This document shows, one piece after another, positions 1-9,938 of a stretch of 64,000 bases of DNA. The notes under the pieces are model-generated. The model saw only the letters and a program-made list of their open reading frames with translations. It had not been told where the DNA came from and did no database searches. The first letter of the stretch is position 1; each line of letters opens with the position of its first letter. Source of the stretch: Nitrospiraceae bacterium (GTDB lineage Bacteria > Nitrospirota > Nitrospiria > Nitrospirales > Nitrospiraceae); NCBI GenBank assembly GCA_050246315.1, contig JBFWWG010000003.1:160001-224000 (forward strand). The letters are read 5' to 3'. Made by a program: the position numbers and the translations under genes.

Positions 1-1
1 T

Positions 2-17
2 TGGCACATCATATGCA
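2..17 (+). promoter_or_regulatory. sigma54 (-24/-12) promoter of the polysaccharide operon
   Basis: TGGCACATCATATGCA = GG-N10-GC with TGGCAC, 67 nt upstream of the first ATG (84). Confidence 0.7.
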
Positions 18-83
18 GTGCTCTCGTCATTTAATGACCATCCTTGATCTATTAAGACGGGTCGACGATCAGAACGAGGCTGT

Positions 84-284
84 ATGGGAAAGTTAGTGCG
101 AGTCGTCATCCAATTGCCGATTGAGCTCAAGAATCAGCTAGACCTTCTGAAGCAACAGGGCTACACCGCCAGCGGTTTCATTCGCGCCGTCCTTGAGCGG
201 GAATTCGCCAAAGTCGAGGAGGACAAGACGGACAAACTCAATCATGCCGTGCGGCCGATCTCCCCCCGCTCCATCAGCGGATAA
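84..284 (+). CDS. small ribbon-helix-helix/CopG-like DNA-binding protein
   Basis: 66 aa; alternating beta strand VRVVIQLP followed by two helices (..TASGFIRAVLEREF); GAGG RBS upstream. Confidence 0.65.
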   Translation: MGKLVRVVIQLPIELKNQLDLLKQQGYTASGFIRAVLEREFAKVEEDKTDKLNHAVRPISPRSISG

Positions 285-287
285 CTT

Positions 288-1292
288 ATGGCCCGTCTCA
301 CCGATCTCATTCGCCACACCGATTATGTCCCACCGCTGGCCGGTCCGTCGCTGACATCGTTGAGGCCGGATGGGCCGCCACCGGTCGCCGTGGAACCCGA
401 CGGCGAGTTGAGCGACCGTGAGTGGTATCAACGTGCGATCCTGGAGGTGTCTCGCATCGGCTGCGCCGTCGCGGAGCAGCGGGAACTTGATCTCAAGCCG
501 TTGACCGAACTGGCCACCGCGCTGGCCAGTTCCACACGGCATCAGGACCATCTGCTGCGACAAGCCGTATCCGGGGCGCCGGTCCTCTCGCCCCTGGCTG
601 CGAATTGCGTGAATGTGGCGATCATGGGGAACCGCTTGGCCCAAGGCCTGGGCTACTCACCGGCCGAATGCGAATGCGTCACGCTCGCCGGCTTGGTTCA
701 TGACGTGGGAATGTTCCTGGTCCCGGACTCACTGGTCGCCAAGCCTCAAGCCCTGACCAGCGGCGAGCGGGCACTGGTCTATCACCACCCCCGCAACGGA
801 GCCATGGCGCTGAGCCAAGTCGACGCTTCCTATCGATGGCTCGCCTCAATCGTGGAGCAGGAACACGAACGATGGGACGGGCAGGGATATCCCCATCGAC
901 TGTCCGGTCCCAAGATCCATCGCTTTGCACAGGTCATCGGGCTTGCGGACGTGTTGGACGCCCTGGTGAATCCGCGTCCTTACCGCCAGACGCTCAGCGC
1001 CCATCAGGCGGTTCACCAGATTGTGACCGTTCAAAAGCATGTGTTTCCTGAGGACCTTTTGCGGTCGCTGTTGAATCGCATATCCCTCTATCCCCCGGGA
1101 ACCAGGGTGAGACTCAGCACGGGAGAGGCGGCTACGGTCGAACGGCTCAACCCTCGCACTCCCCTCAGGCCCGTCGTCCACCTGGTCGATTCGCCCACCT
1201 CGACCGAACAGGTGCTCGACCTGTCCCGCGTGCCCTCCGTCCATATCGTGGAGGTGGTGACCCATTCGTCTTCCGGAGACGCACGGACATGA
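288..1292 (+). CDS. HD-GYP domain protein (putative c-di-GMP phosphodiesterase)
   Basis: HDVG, EHERWDGQGYP and RPYR motifs; typical C-terminal YPPGTRVRLSTGE segment. Confidence 0.85.
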   Translation: MARLTDLIRHTDYVPPLAGPSLTSLRPDGPPPVAVEPDGELSDREWYQRAILEVSRIGCAVAEQRELDLKPLTELATALASSTRHQDHLLRQAVSGAPVLSPLAANCVNVAIMGNRLAQGLGYSPAECECVTLAGLVHDVGMFLVPDSLVAKPQALTSGERALVYHHPRNGAMALSQVDASYRWLASIVEQEHERWDGQGYPHRLSGPKIHRFAQVIGLADVLDALVNPRPYRQTLSAHQAVHQIVTVQKHVFPEDLLRSLLNRISLYPPGTRVRLSTGEAATVERLNPRTPLRPVVHLVDSPTSTEQVLDLSRVPSVHIVEVVTHSSSGDART

Positions 1293-2092
1293 ACCCTTGG
1301 ATCAGGCGCCTCGCCGGACGCACCATAACGTGGGTGCTGATCATGGTGCTGGGGACGGGAACCCTGTCCTGCCGGAACCCGGCGCAATCGACCCTCTCTC
1401 CGTCGAACATGGCCCCGGCTGGGGCGCGGTTTCCACCGCTCCCTAAGGGCGATGCCTATGCAGACGAATCCGTCGTGAGTTCGGATGCCAGAATCGACCC
1501 GGGCGATACGGTCGAGGTGTTGATCCATCGCGGGGCCGGAGAAGAGAAGTTTTCGACCACCGTTCGCGAGTCCGGCCATATCACACTGTCGTTCGTCGAC
1601 ATCGATGTGCGCGGACTGATGGTCTCCGAGGCAGAAGCGAGGATTACAGACAGCGTTCGGCCCTACATGCGGAACCCCAAGGTGCAGGTCTCGCTCAAGA
1701 AGCGCGGTGCCCGCGTGAAGCGGATTTTTGTCTTCGGAGAGGTGCGCAAACCCGGCATGTATCCCATGTCGCGCAACATGACCGTGCTGCACGCCCTGTC
1801 CGCGGCGGACAACTACACGGAAACCGCGTTGGTCGATGAGATCCGGATCATCCGAGGAGACTTGAATCGACCGCAGATCTACACGGCCGATCTGGCCCGC
1901 TTGTGGACCTACGGCGACATGACTCGCAACCTGGCTCTGGAAGAAAACGACGTCGTGTACGTGCCGCGTGAGCACCTGGGCGACGCCTCGGAGACCGCCA
2001 AGAAGCTGATGCCGGTGATCCAGACGGCCGTCGCACCATTCTATCCGTTGTTCGCTATCCCGCTGTTCGTTCCCGCGGCACAGATCCGATAG
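1289..2092 (+). CDS. polysaccharide export lipoprotein (Wza-like; Poly_export + SLBB)
   Basis: Lipobox-like TLSC; IDPGDTVEV Poly_export motif; VFGEVRKPGMY SLBB motif. Confidence 0.85.
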   Translation: MNPWIRRLAGRTITWVLIMVLGTGTLSCRNPAQSTLSPSNMAPAGARFPPLPKGDAYADESVVSSDARIDPGDTVEVLIHRGAGEEKFSTTVRESGHITLSFVDIDVRGLMVSEAEARITDSVRPYMRNPKVQVSLKKRGARVKRIFVFGEVRKPGMYPMSRNMTVLHALSAADNYTETALVDEIRIIRGDLNRPQIYTADLARLWTYGDMTRNLALEENDVVYVPREHLGDASETAKKLMPVIQTAVAPFYPLFAIPLFVPAAQIR

Positions 2093-2122
2093 GACTGCGC
2101 AGGCATGCTCTGAGGAGCAGAG

Positions 2123-4261
2123 ATGGCCCAGTACGAACTCGATGTCCTCGACTATTGGATGATTCTCAAGAAGCGGAGGTATCTGATTCTGCTGGCCACC
2201 CTGCTGGTCATCGGCTTCACATTCACCTTTACTCAGTTTATGAAGCCGACGCCCGTCTACGAGGCCTCTTCGCGCGTGAAGTTCGACCGCAGCACGACGG
2301 TCGCTCAGCAACTGCTCGAATCCATCACCTTCGCCACCGCCAACGATCTGACGACGCAAACGGAGGTCATCAAAGGTTTCCCGGTCATGGAACGGGTCGC
2401 GCAGGCCTTGGCCGTGGTTGAAGCGGACCTTCCGCCCGACGCACGGCGATCGGCGGAGTACCTCAACGCCGTCTACAATCTCGGTCAGCAGATCCAGACG
2501 TCCCGTGAATCGGACACGAACATCATCCGCATCACGGCGACCGCATCGGAACCGGATCTCGCTGAGCACATGGCCAACGAGGTCGCACAGGCCTATCGCA
2601 TCGAAAACATCGCCGCCCGCAACCGCATGGTGACCGAGTCACGCCGGTTCGTCGAAGACCAACTGGCGGCGCTGGAACAGAACCTTCAGGCCTCGGAAGA
2701 GGCGCTCCGCGTCTTCAAAGAACGGGAAGGGCAGGTCTTTCTGGACGAGGAGGCCAAGGCGGCACTCCAGACGTTCACCCAGCTCGAAGGCGAATTGAAC
2801 GCGATCGCCAGACAGGAAGAGGAAACTCGGCGCCAGATCGAGGCGCTCGAAAAACCCTCGTCGTCCATCGATACCAGGATCGGACGGATTTTCACCGAAG
2901 ATCCCTACGCACTGCTGACCAAACTCAATAGCCGCCTACTTGAATTGCTGCAGGATCGTTCCACCCTGTTGATCAACTACACACCGGAACATCCGCAGGT
3001 CAAGGAGACCGAGAGCAAAATCGCCAATGTGAAGAACGAGATGATTCGGGAGCTGCGGTCCAAGGCGGCGAGCCTCACGGACCGGGAGCGCACGCTCGAA
3101 CTCCAGATCGCACATTACCGGGAGCGGTACCTGGCCTTTCCCAAGGCCGCCATCGAGCTGACCCGGTTGGAACGCGAGGTGAAGGTCAATGCGGACCTGT
3201 ACTCGACACTCAAGATCAAGCATCAGGAATTGCTCATCAAGAGCGCCGAGCAAATCGAGGAGGTCACCCTCATTGCCCCGGCAGTCAAACCTCCAAAACC
3301 GACTAACGAGCCTAACGTGCCCTTGAATATGGCCGTGGGCTCGATGATGGGTCTCTTCCTGGGAGTGGTCCTGGCTTTCACCCGAGAGTCGCTGGATACC
3401 TCCATCGGCACCATCGAAGGCGTCGAGGACTTTCTCAAAGTGCCGGTGCTCGGCGTCATTCCCACCTTCGACGAACAGGAGCTCCAACAAGCGGCGAAGC
3501 AGGCTCTCCCGTCCGACGCCGAACAGGAGCTGGTGGAGGGGGTGTCCAAGCTGATCACCTTGCTCGATCCCAAGTCCCTGCTGTCGGAAAGTTTCCGCTC
3601 GCTTCGCACGAATATCCAGTTCGCCAGCATGGACCGACGCATCAAATCTCTCCTCTTCACGAGCGCCGGGCTAGGCGAAGGCAAGAGTACGACCGTCATC
3701 AATCTGGCCATCACGCTTGCGCAAGAAGGCCAGCGCGTCCTGCTCGTGGACGCGGACCTTCGCCGTCCCATAGTCCACAAACGACTCGGTCTCCCGCGGG
3801 ATCCCGGACTCGTCGAAGCGCTGCAGGGAAGCGCGTCGTGGCAAGAGGCGGTGCGCACAGCGACGGATCTGATGATCGGATCGCTGGGCGTGGACCGAGT
3901 CCTCAAGAGCCCGGGGCTCGACAATCTGCATATTCTCAGCAGTGGCTCCGCCGTGCACAACCCCAGCGAGTGCATGAGTCTGGCCAAGTTGAAGCCGCTG
4001 CTCGCCGAGATGCAGGAAGCCTACGACATTGTGCTGTTCGACACGCCGCCGATCCTGCCCGTCACCGACGCGGTCGCCATGAGTTCACGGATCGACGGCA
4101 CCGTGTTGGTCTACCAAGTTGGGCGGATTGGGCGAAATGCGCTGAAGCGCGCCAAATTCCTGTTGGACCATGCGCAGGCCAATATCATGGGGGTGGTCTT
4201 GACGAACGTGAAGGCCGAGATCTCCACCGAGGCCACGTTCTACCGCTACGAATCCCGCTAG
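2123..4261 (+). CDS. wzc: Wzc-like polysaccharide co-polymerase / BY tyrosine kinase
   Basis: Two TMs flanking a coiled coil; ESFRSLRTNI, Walker A GEGKST, Walker A' VDADLRRP, Walker B LFDTPP. Confidence 0.9.
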   Translation: MAQYELDVLDYWMILKKRRYLILLATLLVIGFTFTFTQFMKPTPVYEASSRVKFDRSTTVAQQLLESITFATANDLTTQTEVIKGFPVMERVAQALAVVEADLPPDARRSAEYLNAVYNLGQQIQTSRESDTNIIRITATASEPDLAEHMANEVAQAYRIENIAARNRMVTESRRFVEDQLAALEQNLQASEEALRVFKEREGQVFLDEEAKAALQTFTQLEGELNAIARQEEETRRQIEALEKPSSSIDTRIGRIFTEDPYALLTKLNSRLLELLQDRSTLLINYTPEHPQVKETESKIANVKNEMIRELRSKAASLTDRERTLELQIAHYRERYLAFPKAAIELTRLEREVKVNADLYSTLKIKHQELLIKSAEQIEEVTLIAPAVKPPKPTNEPNVPLNMAVGSMMGLFLGVVLAFTRESLDTSIGTIEGVEDFLKVPVLGVIPTFDEQELQQAAKQALPSDAEQELVEGVSKLITLLDPKSLLSESFRSLRTNIQFASMDRRIKSLLFTSAGLGEGKSTTVINLAITLAQEGQRVLLVDADLRRPIVHKRLGLPRDPGLVEALQGSASWQEAVRTATDLMIGSLGVDRVLKSPGLDNLHILSSGSAVHNPSECMSLAKLKPLLAEMQEAYDIVLFDTPPILPVTDAVAMSSRIDGTVLVYQVGRIGRNALKRAKFLLDHAQANIMGVVLTNVKAEISTEATFYRYESR

Positions 4262-4272
4262 TCAGATGAGCG

Positions 4273-5730
4273 ATGGTCTCCTTACCCGACATCCGGCCGC
4301 GGCCTGATTTCCTGTTGCCGGTCCTGCTGGCCGCGCCGGTTGCATGGCTCAGCGCCACCGCAGCACCGTCGGTGGTCCTGGCCGTCGTGGCCGCCGTCAT
4401 ACCGCTCGTCATCTCGTTTCTCTCGCCGTTGAGTGGGCTCTACATCCTGGTCTTTTCCATGCTGCTGGGCCCCGAATTGCTGGTCGGTCAACTGGGCTCT
4501 GGTGCGTTGCTGGGCAGAGGGGTCACGCTCCGATTCGACGACCTGCTCTTGCTGCTCGTCGCATTCGGCTGGCTGGGACGCATGGCCATTTCTCCCGGTC
4601 AGCGGATCGTCTTGCGGACGTCGTTGAATCGCCCCATCGTTTGGTATGCCATCGGTTGCGTATTCGCCACATTGGTCGGCGTCCTCGCAGGACGGGTGCG
4701 TCCCGCCAGCGGTTTTTTCTTTCTCCTCAAGTATTACGAATACTTTTTCATCTATTTCATGACCGTGAACATCGTCACCGACAAACGGGACATCCAGCGG
4801 CTCGTCACGGCGAGCCTGATCACCTGCGGACTCGTCTCGTTGTACGCGATTGCGCAGATACCATCCGGCGTCCGGGTCTCGGCCCCCTTCGAGGGGCAGG
4901 AAGGGGAGCCCAACACGCTGGGAGGCTATCTGGTGTTCATGCTGGCCGTCATCGGCTCGCTGGTCGTCGTCAGAGGCGCGGTAGGCCGCCGATGGCCGCT
5001 GATCCTGTTGGCTTCGATCGCGGTCGTGGCCTTGCAGGCCACCCTGTCGCGTGCGTCGTTCTTGGCCATGGTTCCGGTCCTGCTGGGCTTCGCCTCCATC
5101 ATCCGGCGACGCCATCCTCTCCTGCTCGTGTGGGCCTTGATCGCTGCCCTCGGCCTCCTATGGCTGCTGCCCCGCCCGGTTGTCGACCGCCTCTCCTATA
5201 CCTTCAACCAGCCGGTGGAGGAGGGCCAGATCAAGGTGGGAACCTTGCGAATCGATACGTCCACGTCCGATCGCCTCCGGTCGTGGAAGCAGGCCGGCGA
5301 GATCTGGCTGACCTCCCCCTTATGGGGCAAGGGCGTCACCGGCGGCCCCTTCATGGATGCGATGTATCCCCACGTGCTGACCGAAACGGGACTGATCGGA
5401 TTGGCGGCCTTCGGCATCCTTCTGTGGAGCCTCTTCCGAGTCGGAATGACCGGGTATCACCTTTCTCCCGATCTCTATATGCAGGCGATCAGTCTGGGCT
5501 TCCTGCTCGGATTCCTCGGACTGCTCGTGCACGCGATCGGATCGAACACCTTCATCATCGTACGCATTATGGAACCGTTCTGGCTTTTCGCCGGGCTGGT
5601 CGTGAAAGGCTACATGGTGGCGAGTCCACCTCGGACGGGAAGCGATCATTATAATTCCGGGTCACGGCCGGATGATCGCTCTACTGAACGCCAGTTCATA
5701 CCTGGTCTCGGACCGGTCATTCCTCGCTAG
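4273..5730 (+). CDS. O-antigen ligase/Wzy-family polymerase
   Basis: Multi-TM; EPNTLGGYL, TLSRAS and PLWGKG motifs typical of Wzy_C. Confidence 0.8.
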   Translation: MVSLPDIRPRPDFLLPVLLAAPVAWLSATAAPSVVLAVVAAVIPLVISFLSPLSGLYILVFSMLLGPELLVGQLGSGALLGRGVTLRFDDLLLLLVAFGWLGRMAISPGQRIVLRTSLNRPIVWYAIGCVFATLVGVLAGRVRPASGFFFLLKYYEYFFIYFMTVNIVTDKRDIQRLVTASLITCGLVSLYAIAQIPSGVRVSAPFEGQEGEPNTLGGYLVFMLAVIGSLVVVRGAVGRRWPLILLASIAVVALQATLSRASFLAMVPVLLGFASIIRRRHPLLLVWALIAALGLLWLLPRPVVDRLSYTFNQPVEEGQIKVGTLRIDTSTSDRLRSWKQAGEIWLTSPLWGKGVTGGPFMDAMYPHVLTETGLIGLAAFGILLWSLFRVGMTGYHLSPDLYMQAISLGFLLGFLGLLVHAIGSNTFIIVRIMEPFWLFAGLVVKGYMVASPPRTGSDHYNSGSRPDDRSTERQFIPGLGPVIPR

Positions 5731-5741
5731 GCAATCTCGTG

Positions 5742-7271
5742 ATGGAGCGCGTCTCCCCCATGCCTGTGCTTGAGCCGGTCAACCGCAGTACCCTCGTCTC
5801 AGGAACAAATCCCTCCGCGAAGGCTCCGTCCGCCAACGACAGGCTCTTGCCTTCCTTCAGCCGCGTCACGGGCCTGTTGCTGCTCAATCGACTGCTCACG
5901 TACGGACTCACGATCGGCAATTCCGTTGTGCTGGCGAGGACGCTGGGGACCGAGCGCCTCGGCCAGTTCGCCTATGCCACGGGCCTCGCGGGACTGTTCG
6001 GTCTGCTGCCACACCTCGGCATCAGCACGGTCATCACAAGAACCGTGGCCGCTGATCCCGATTTCACGGCCGGCATCCTTTTCACCGCGCGAAAGATTCA
6101 GGGAGGCGCAGCGGCAATCGCCTGTGGCTTGGTGGTGCTGACGGGCTGGTGTCTGCCGGTTTCTGCGGCATCGATGATTGACATCGCCCTGGCCGCCATT
6201 CAGATGGCGCTGGCCTCACTCAGTTGGCCCTACCTGGCCGTCCTCGCGGGACGAGCGCGCTACGATCTATTGGCCGGAGTGGAAACCACGATGGCGGCTG
6301 CCGGATCGCTGGCGTTGTTCGTTGCCGCCCTCGGCAGCGGTACCGTGCAGGCATTCCTGTGGTCCCAAGTCCTGGTGAGCATCCTCGCCGCGCTCGTCGC
6401 GCGCCGGGTCGCCGCGCAATTCATCCCAACGGACAGTGGACGCGCTTGCCCCGCCAGCACGTTTCTCCGGACAGCCACCCCGTTCGGACTCACGGCATTC
6501 GTGCAGAGCGCGTACACCCGATGTGACTTCTTGCTGCTGGGCCAGTTCGTTCCCGGTTCGGTTCTCGGCCTCTACAGCGCCGCCTACAAGCCGATCACGA
6601 TGTTGACTCATTTCGGCTCCTCAGCCGCAGGCACCCTGTTCCCATATCTGGTAGACGAACTGCGCGCCGGAACGTCCGGCACGTTCCACCGAGTGATGAA
6701 GGTCTTCGCCGTCACAGCACCGGCTGTCGCGCTGATCTTTAGCGGCCTGGCGACGTCGATCTTGTCCACTCTCTACGGAGAAGCCTTCAACGATGCGGCC
6801 CCGATGTTGTCGATTCTGGCCTGGTCCGCCGCAGCCAACTGGCTCTATGTTCCGCTCTGTACCACCCTGCAGGCCAAGTACAGAGAGTATGCCTGGCTGC
6901 GAGGTCTCACCATTGCGCTGGTCGTGAATCTCATCGTCAATGCGGCGGTCATTCCTGCGTGGGGTGGGACAGGCGCCGCCTTCGCGACTCTGGTCTCGGA
7001 GATGCTCCTATTCTTGATCGGAGCCTGGTTGGTGATGAAAGAATTGGGGCACAGACCTCCGGCGAGCATGGTTGTCGGCATTACTGTCGCAGCGGGGCTC
7101 GGCGCCGGGATTCTCTGGCAGTTGTCCGATTGGGGACCGATTCCCGCAACGACCTGCGCGCTGTTGATATATGTGGGCCTTCTCCTCGCCACCAGAACCA
7201 TCTCCTGGGAAGACGGGCTGGCCGTTGTGGCACGGCTTCGAGAGGCCGGGCAGGGGAGACGTCGATCGTGA
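5742..7271 (+). CDS. wzx: Wzx-type flippase (MOP superfamily)
   Basis: LARTLGTERLGQF, LGLYSAAYK and GAAFATLVSE motifs; ~12-14 TM. Confidence 0.85.
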   Translation: MERVSPMPVLEPVNRSTLVSGTNPSAKAPSANDRLLPSFSRVTGLLLLNRLLTYGLTIGNSVVLARTLGTERLGQFAYATGLAGLFGLLPHLGISTVITRTVAADPDFTAGILFTARKIQGGAAAIACGLVVLTGWCLPVSAASMIDIALAAIQMALASLSWPYLAVLAGRARYDLLAGVETTMAAAGSLALFVAALGSGTVQAFLWSQVLVSILAALVARRVAAQFIPTDSGRACPASTFLRTATPFGLTAFVQSAYTRCDFLLLGQFVPGSVLGLYSAAYKPITMLTHFGSSAAGTLFPYLVDELRAGTSGTFHRVMKVFAVTAPAVALIFSGLATSILSTLYGEAFNDAAPMLSILAWSAAANWLYVPLCTTLQAKYREYAWLRGLTIALVVNLIVNAAVIPAWGGTGAAFATLVSEMLLFLIGAWLVMKELGHRPPASMVVGITVAAGLGAGILWQLSDWGPIPATTCALLIYVGLLLATRTISWEDGLAVVARLREAGQGRRRS

Positions 7272-7315
7272 GCCACTTGCGACTCCGGCAGAACGATCGT
7301 GACGAGGACCATCAC

Positions 7316-8452
7316 ATGACAATCGGAATCGATGCGGGCCCGATGGTCGGACGGGGAGGCATCAGCTCCTACGTCACGGATCTGGTCGGAACTCTCGTGG
7401 CCGGTGCTGCTGAGACGCAATGGCGCCTGTTCCTGCGCCGCAGTTGGCGCGATCACCGGGACGACCGCCGTCTCACAGACTTGGCGCCCACGACCACCGT
7501 GTCCATCCCTGATCGGCTGCTCCGATTAGGATGGCGCTGGCTTCCTCCGTCCTCTATCTCCCTTGGCCGGATTCGGCAGCCGCTCGACGGCTACCTCTCG
7601 ACCTGCCTCATGACTCCGAAACTGAAGCACACCACCATCATCAGCATCATCTACGACCTCATCCCGCTGCGTCTGCCGCAACTCTTTCCGCGCCGTCGGA
7701 TATTTCTGGAGTTGATCCGCGACACGGTGAAGCGATCGGATATGTTGGTCGCCATCTCCCATCGAACCAAAACAGATTTGGTCGAATTGTTAAGAGTGGA
7801 ACCGGGCCGCATCCGGGTCGTGTATCCGGGACGTCACGAAGAGTGGTCGGCCATCTCTCAATCCGTGCTTTCGGCCATTCGTGCTCGCTATGGATTGCCT
7901 TCTCGGTATCTCCTCTATCTCGGATCTCTCGGCGCGCACAAAAATATCTCGACCGTGCTCCGCGCGTTTGCCTTGGCTCGCGATACAGGTCGATTGAATG
8001 TTCCCTTGGTCATCACGGGCGATGCCCGCTGGGGCGAGCAGGCGCTCGAGTTGTTGAACGACCTGCAGCTCCGCCGACACGTCATCCTGACCGGGAGGGT
8101 GCCGGATTCCGACATTCCGGCGATGTACTCCGGCGCCATGGCGTTCGTCTTTCCATCCTTCTACGAAGGATTCGGGTTGCCCGTCCTGGACGCGATGACC
8201 TGCGGCGTGCCGGCGATCGTCTCGACAGGGGGCGCTTTGCCTGAGGTGGTAGGAAGGGCAGGGATCTGCTTGCCTCCCGACTCGATCGAAGCCTGGGCAG
8301 ATACGCTCTGCCGGATCTCTCGCGATCAGGAACTGCGGGAGCAATTGGCGGCAGGGGCCCGCGCACGCGCCGCTCAATTTTCGTGGGCGCGAAGCGCAGC
8401 CGCAATCCGCCAACTGTTTGAGTCTGGACGAGAGGATCGGAACGCCGCATAG
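7316..8452 (+). CDS. glycosyltransferase family 4 (WbaZ/MtfB-like)
   Basis: IGIDA start, YDLIPL, FPSFYEGFGLPVLDAM; alternative GTG start at 7268 overlaps the wzx stop. Confidence 0.9.
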   Translation: MTIGIDAGPMVGRGGISSYVTDLVGTLVAGAAETQWRLFLRRSWRDHRDDRRLTDLAPTTTVSIPDRLLRLGWRWLPPSSISLGRIRQPLDGYLSTCLMTPKLKHTTIISIIYDLIPLRLPQLFPRRRIFLELIRDTVKRSDMLVAISHRTKTDLVELLRVEPGRIRVVYPGRHEEWSAISQSVLSAIRARYGLPSRYLLYLGSLGAHKNISTVLRAFALARDTGRLNVPLVITGDARWGEQALELLNDLQLRRHVILTGRVPDSDIPAMYSGAMAFVFPSFYEGFGLPVLDAMTCGVPAIVSTGGALPEVVGRAGICLPPDSIEAWADTLCRISRDQELREQLAAGARARAAQFSWARSAAAIRQLFESGREDRNAA

Positions 8453-8456
8453 ACTC

Positions 8457-9119
8457 ATGAGCGCCCGGCGCTACGATCGCGACTACTTCGAAGGTCGGAC
8501 CAGACAGAGTCCGCCCCATTCCAAGGAACTGATCTATCCATGGGCAGCCCGGACCAGTCGGTTTTTGTGCCATCGCGTGCCGGCCTCCCGTGCGCTGGAT
8601 CTCGGCTGCGCCAAGGGGTATCTCGTGGAGGCCCAGACTGCCGCCGGCATCCCTCATTCGTTCGGCCTGGATGTCAGTCCCTATGCCGTCACGAACGCCG
8701 ACCACAGTCTTCGGGGACGCCTCCTGGTTGGAGACGCACAGGCGGGGCTTCCCTTCCGGGACGGCGCCTTGGACCTCGTCACTGCCCTGGACCTGTTCGA
8801 ACACTTGGTCGATCCCTTGCCCCTGCTCCTCGACATCCGCCGGATCTTGGCATCCCATGGGCGAGCTTACCTCAAGATCTGTCACCCCAATCATCCGAAC
8901 GCCACGCGCGACCCCACGCACGTCAATGTACAACCGCTGGCATATTGGAAGGGGAAGTTCAGGCAAGCCGGGTTCCGATTCAGGCGCTGCTATGAAACTG
9001 AGTTGAGCGGAGACACGACGTTGATCGAGCGGGCGAAGAATCTGTTCCGATTGGTTCGGGAATGGGCCGCCCTCGGCACACCCGCCGACTACAAATTCCT
9101 GCTGCGAAAAACATCATGA
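8457..9119 (+). CDS. class I SAM-dependent methyltransferase
   Basis: LDLGCAKG motif I; DLFEHL. Confidence 0.85.
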   Translation: MSARRYDRDYFEGRTRQSPPHSKELIYPWAARTSRFLCHRVPASRALDLGCAKGYLVEAQTAAGIPHSFGLDVSPYAVTNADHSLRGRLLVGDAQAGLPFRDGALDLVTALDLFEHLVDPLPLLLDIRRILASHGRAYLKICHPNHPNATRDPTHVNVQPLAYWKGKFRQAGFRFRRCYETELSGDTTLIERAKNLFRLVREWAALGTPADYKFLLRKTS

Positions 9120-9919
9120 GTGCACTGAGCGCATCGGAACAGTGGGATCGCTATTGGACGCCGCAGACGCCCACTGTTCGATCGAAGACCATGAGCCTGG
9201 TGCTCGATCGAATCAAGATGGAATACCTGCGGTCCATGCTGCCTCCATCCGGTTTGAGCTTGGAGGTCGGAGCCGGCTCCGGCCGGCTTTCCTGTTGGAT
9301 GGGGCGGTCGGGCTATCGTACGGTGTGCGTCGATTATTCGGCACAGGCCCTTCAAGCAGCCCGAGCCAATTATGCGGAGGAAGCGATCGCCGGATCGCTC
9401 GTCCGCGGAGACGGATTCACCTTGCCAATCCAGACCAACACCTGTGACGTGGTCCTGTCCACGGGACTGCTGGAACACTTTGCCGATCCGTTTCCGATTG
9501 TGAAGGAAATGGTCCGCGTCCTCCGACCCGGCGGCCTCTTCTACTCGGATATCGTGCCCAGGAAATTCTCGCTCTTTCGGTCACTGGAGTGGTTGACTCG
9601 TTGGAGGCAATACTTGACGGGGACCGCAGAAGTGACGCCGTCTCTGTTCGAGCGACCCTTCTCCACCGAGGAGGTACGGCTCCTGCTGGAGCGCGCCCAC
9701 TTGCGGCACATTCACGTGTTTCCCGCTGGGGTGGTTCCACCCTACCTTCCATTCCTGTCGCGATACGACTGGATGCGAACGCTCCAGGTTCGAGTCGTCG
9801 AACTCACCACAACGTTCTGGCAGACGTGGGACCGGACCAGGGTCGCCGAATGGCTGGGATTCTATTACTTCGCCACGGGGCATAAACCCTCATCTGCCCG
9901 TCATCGCCCCGCTGAATAG
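9116..9919 (+). CDS. class I SAM-dependent methyltransferase
   Basis: LEVGAGSG; GLLEHF; RVLRPGG; ATGA overlap with previous gene. Confidence 0.85.
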   Translation: MSALSASEQWDRYWTPQTPTVRSKTMSLVLDRIKMEYLRSMLPPSGLSLEVGAGSGRLSCWMGRSGYRTVCVDYSAQALQAARANYAEEAIAGSLVRGDGFTLPIQTNTCDVVLSTGLLEHFADPFPIVKEMVRVLRPGGLFYSDIVPRKFSLFRSLEWLTRWRQYLTGTAEVTPSLFERPFSTEEVRLLLERAHLRHIHVFPAGVVPPYLPFLSRYDWMRTLQVRVVELTTTFWQTWDRTRVAEWLGFYYFATGHKPSSARHRPAE

Positions 9920-9938
9920 GAAATCCAGGAGCCGCCCA

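Noticed and set aside
1088..2569. Long minus-strand ORFs over the operon and elsewhere (also 22174-23625, 23979-25133, 37622-38761, and plus-strand 61469-62656)
   Set aside because: Shadow ORFs expected in high-GC coding DNA; they overlap well-supported genes on the opposite strand and have no recognisable motifs
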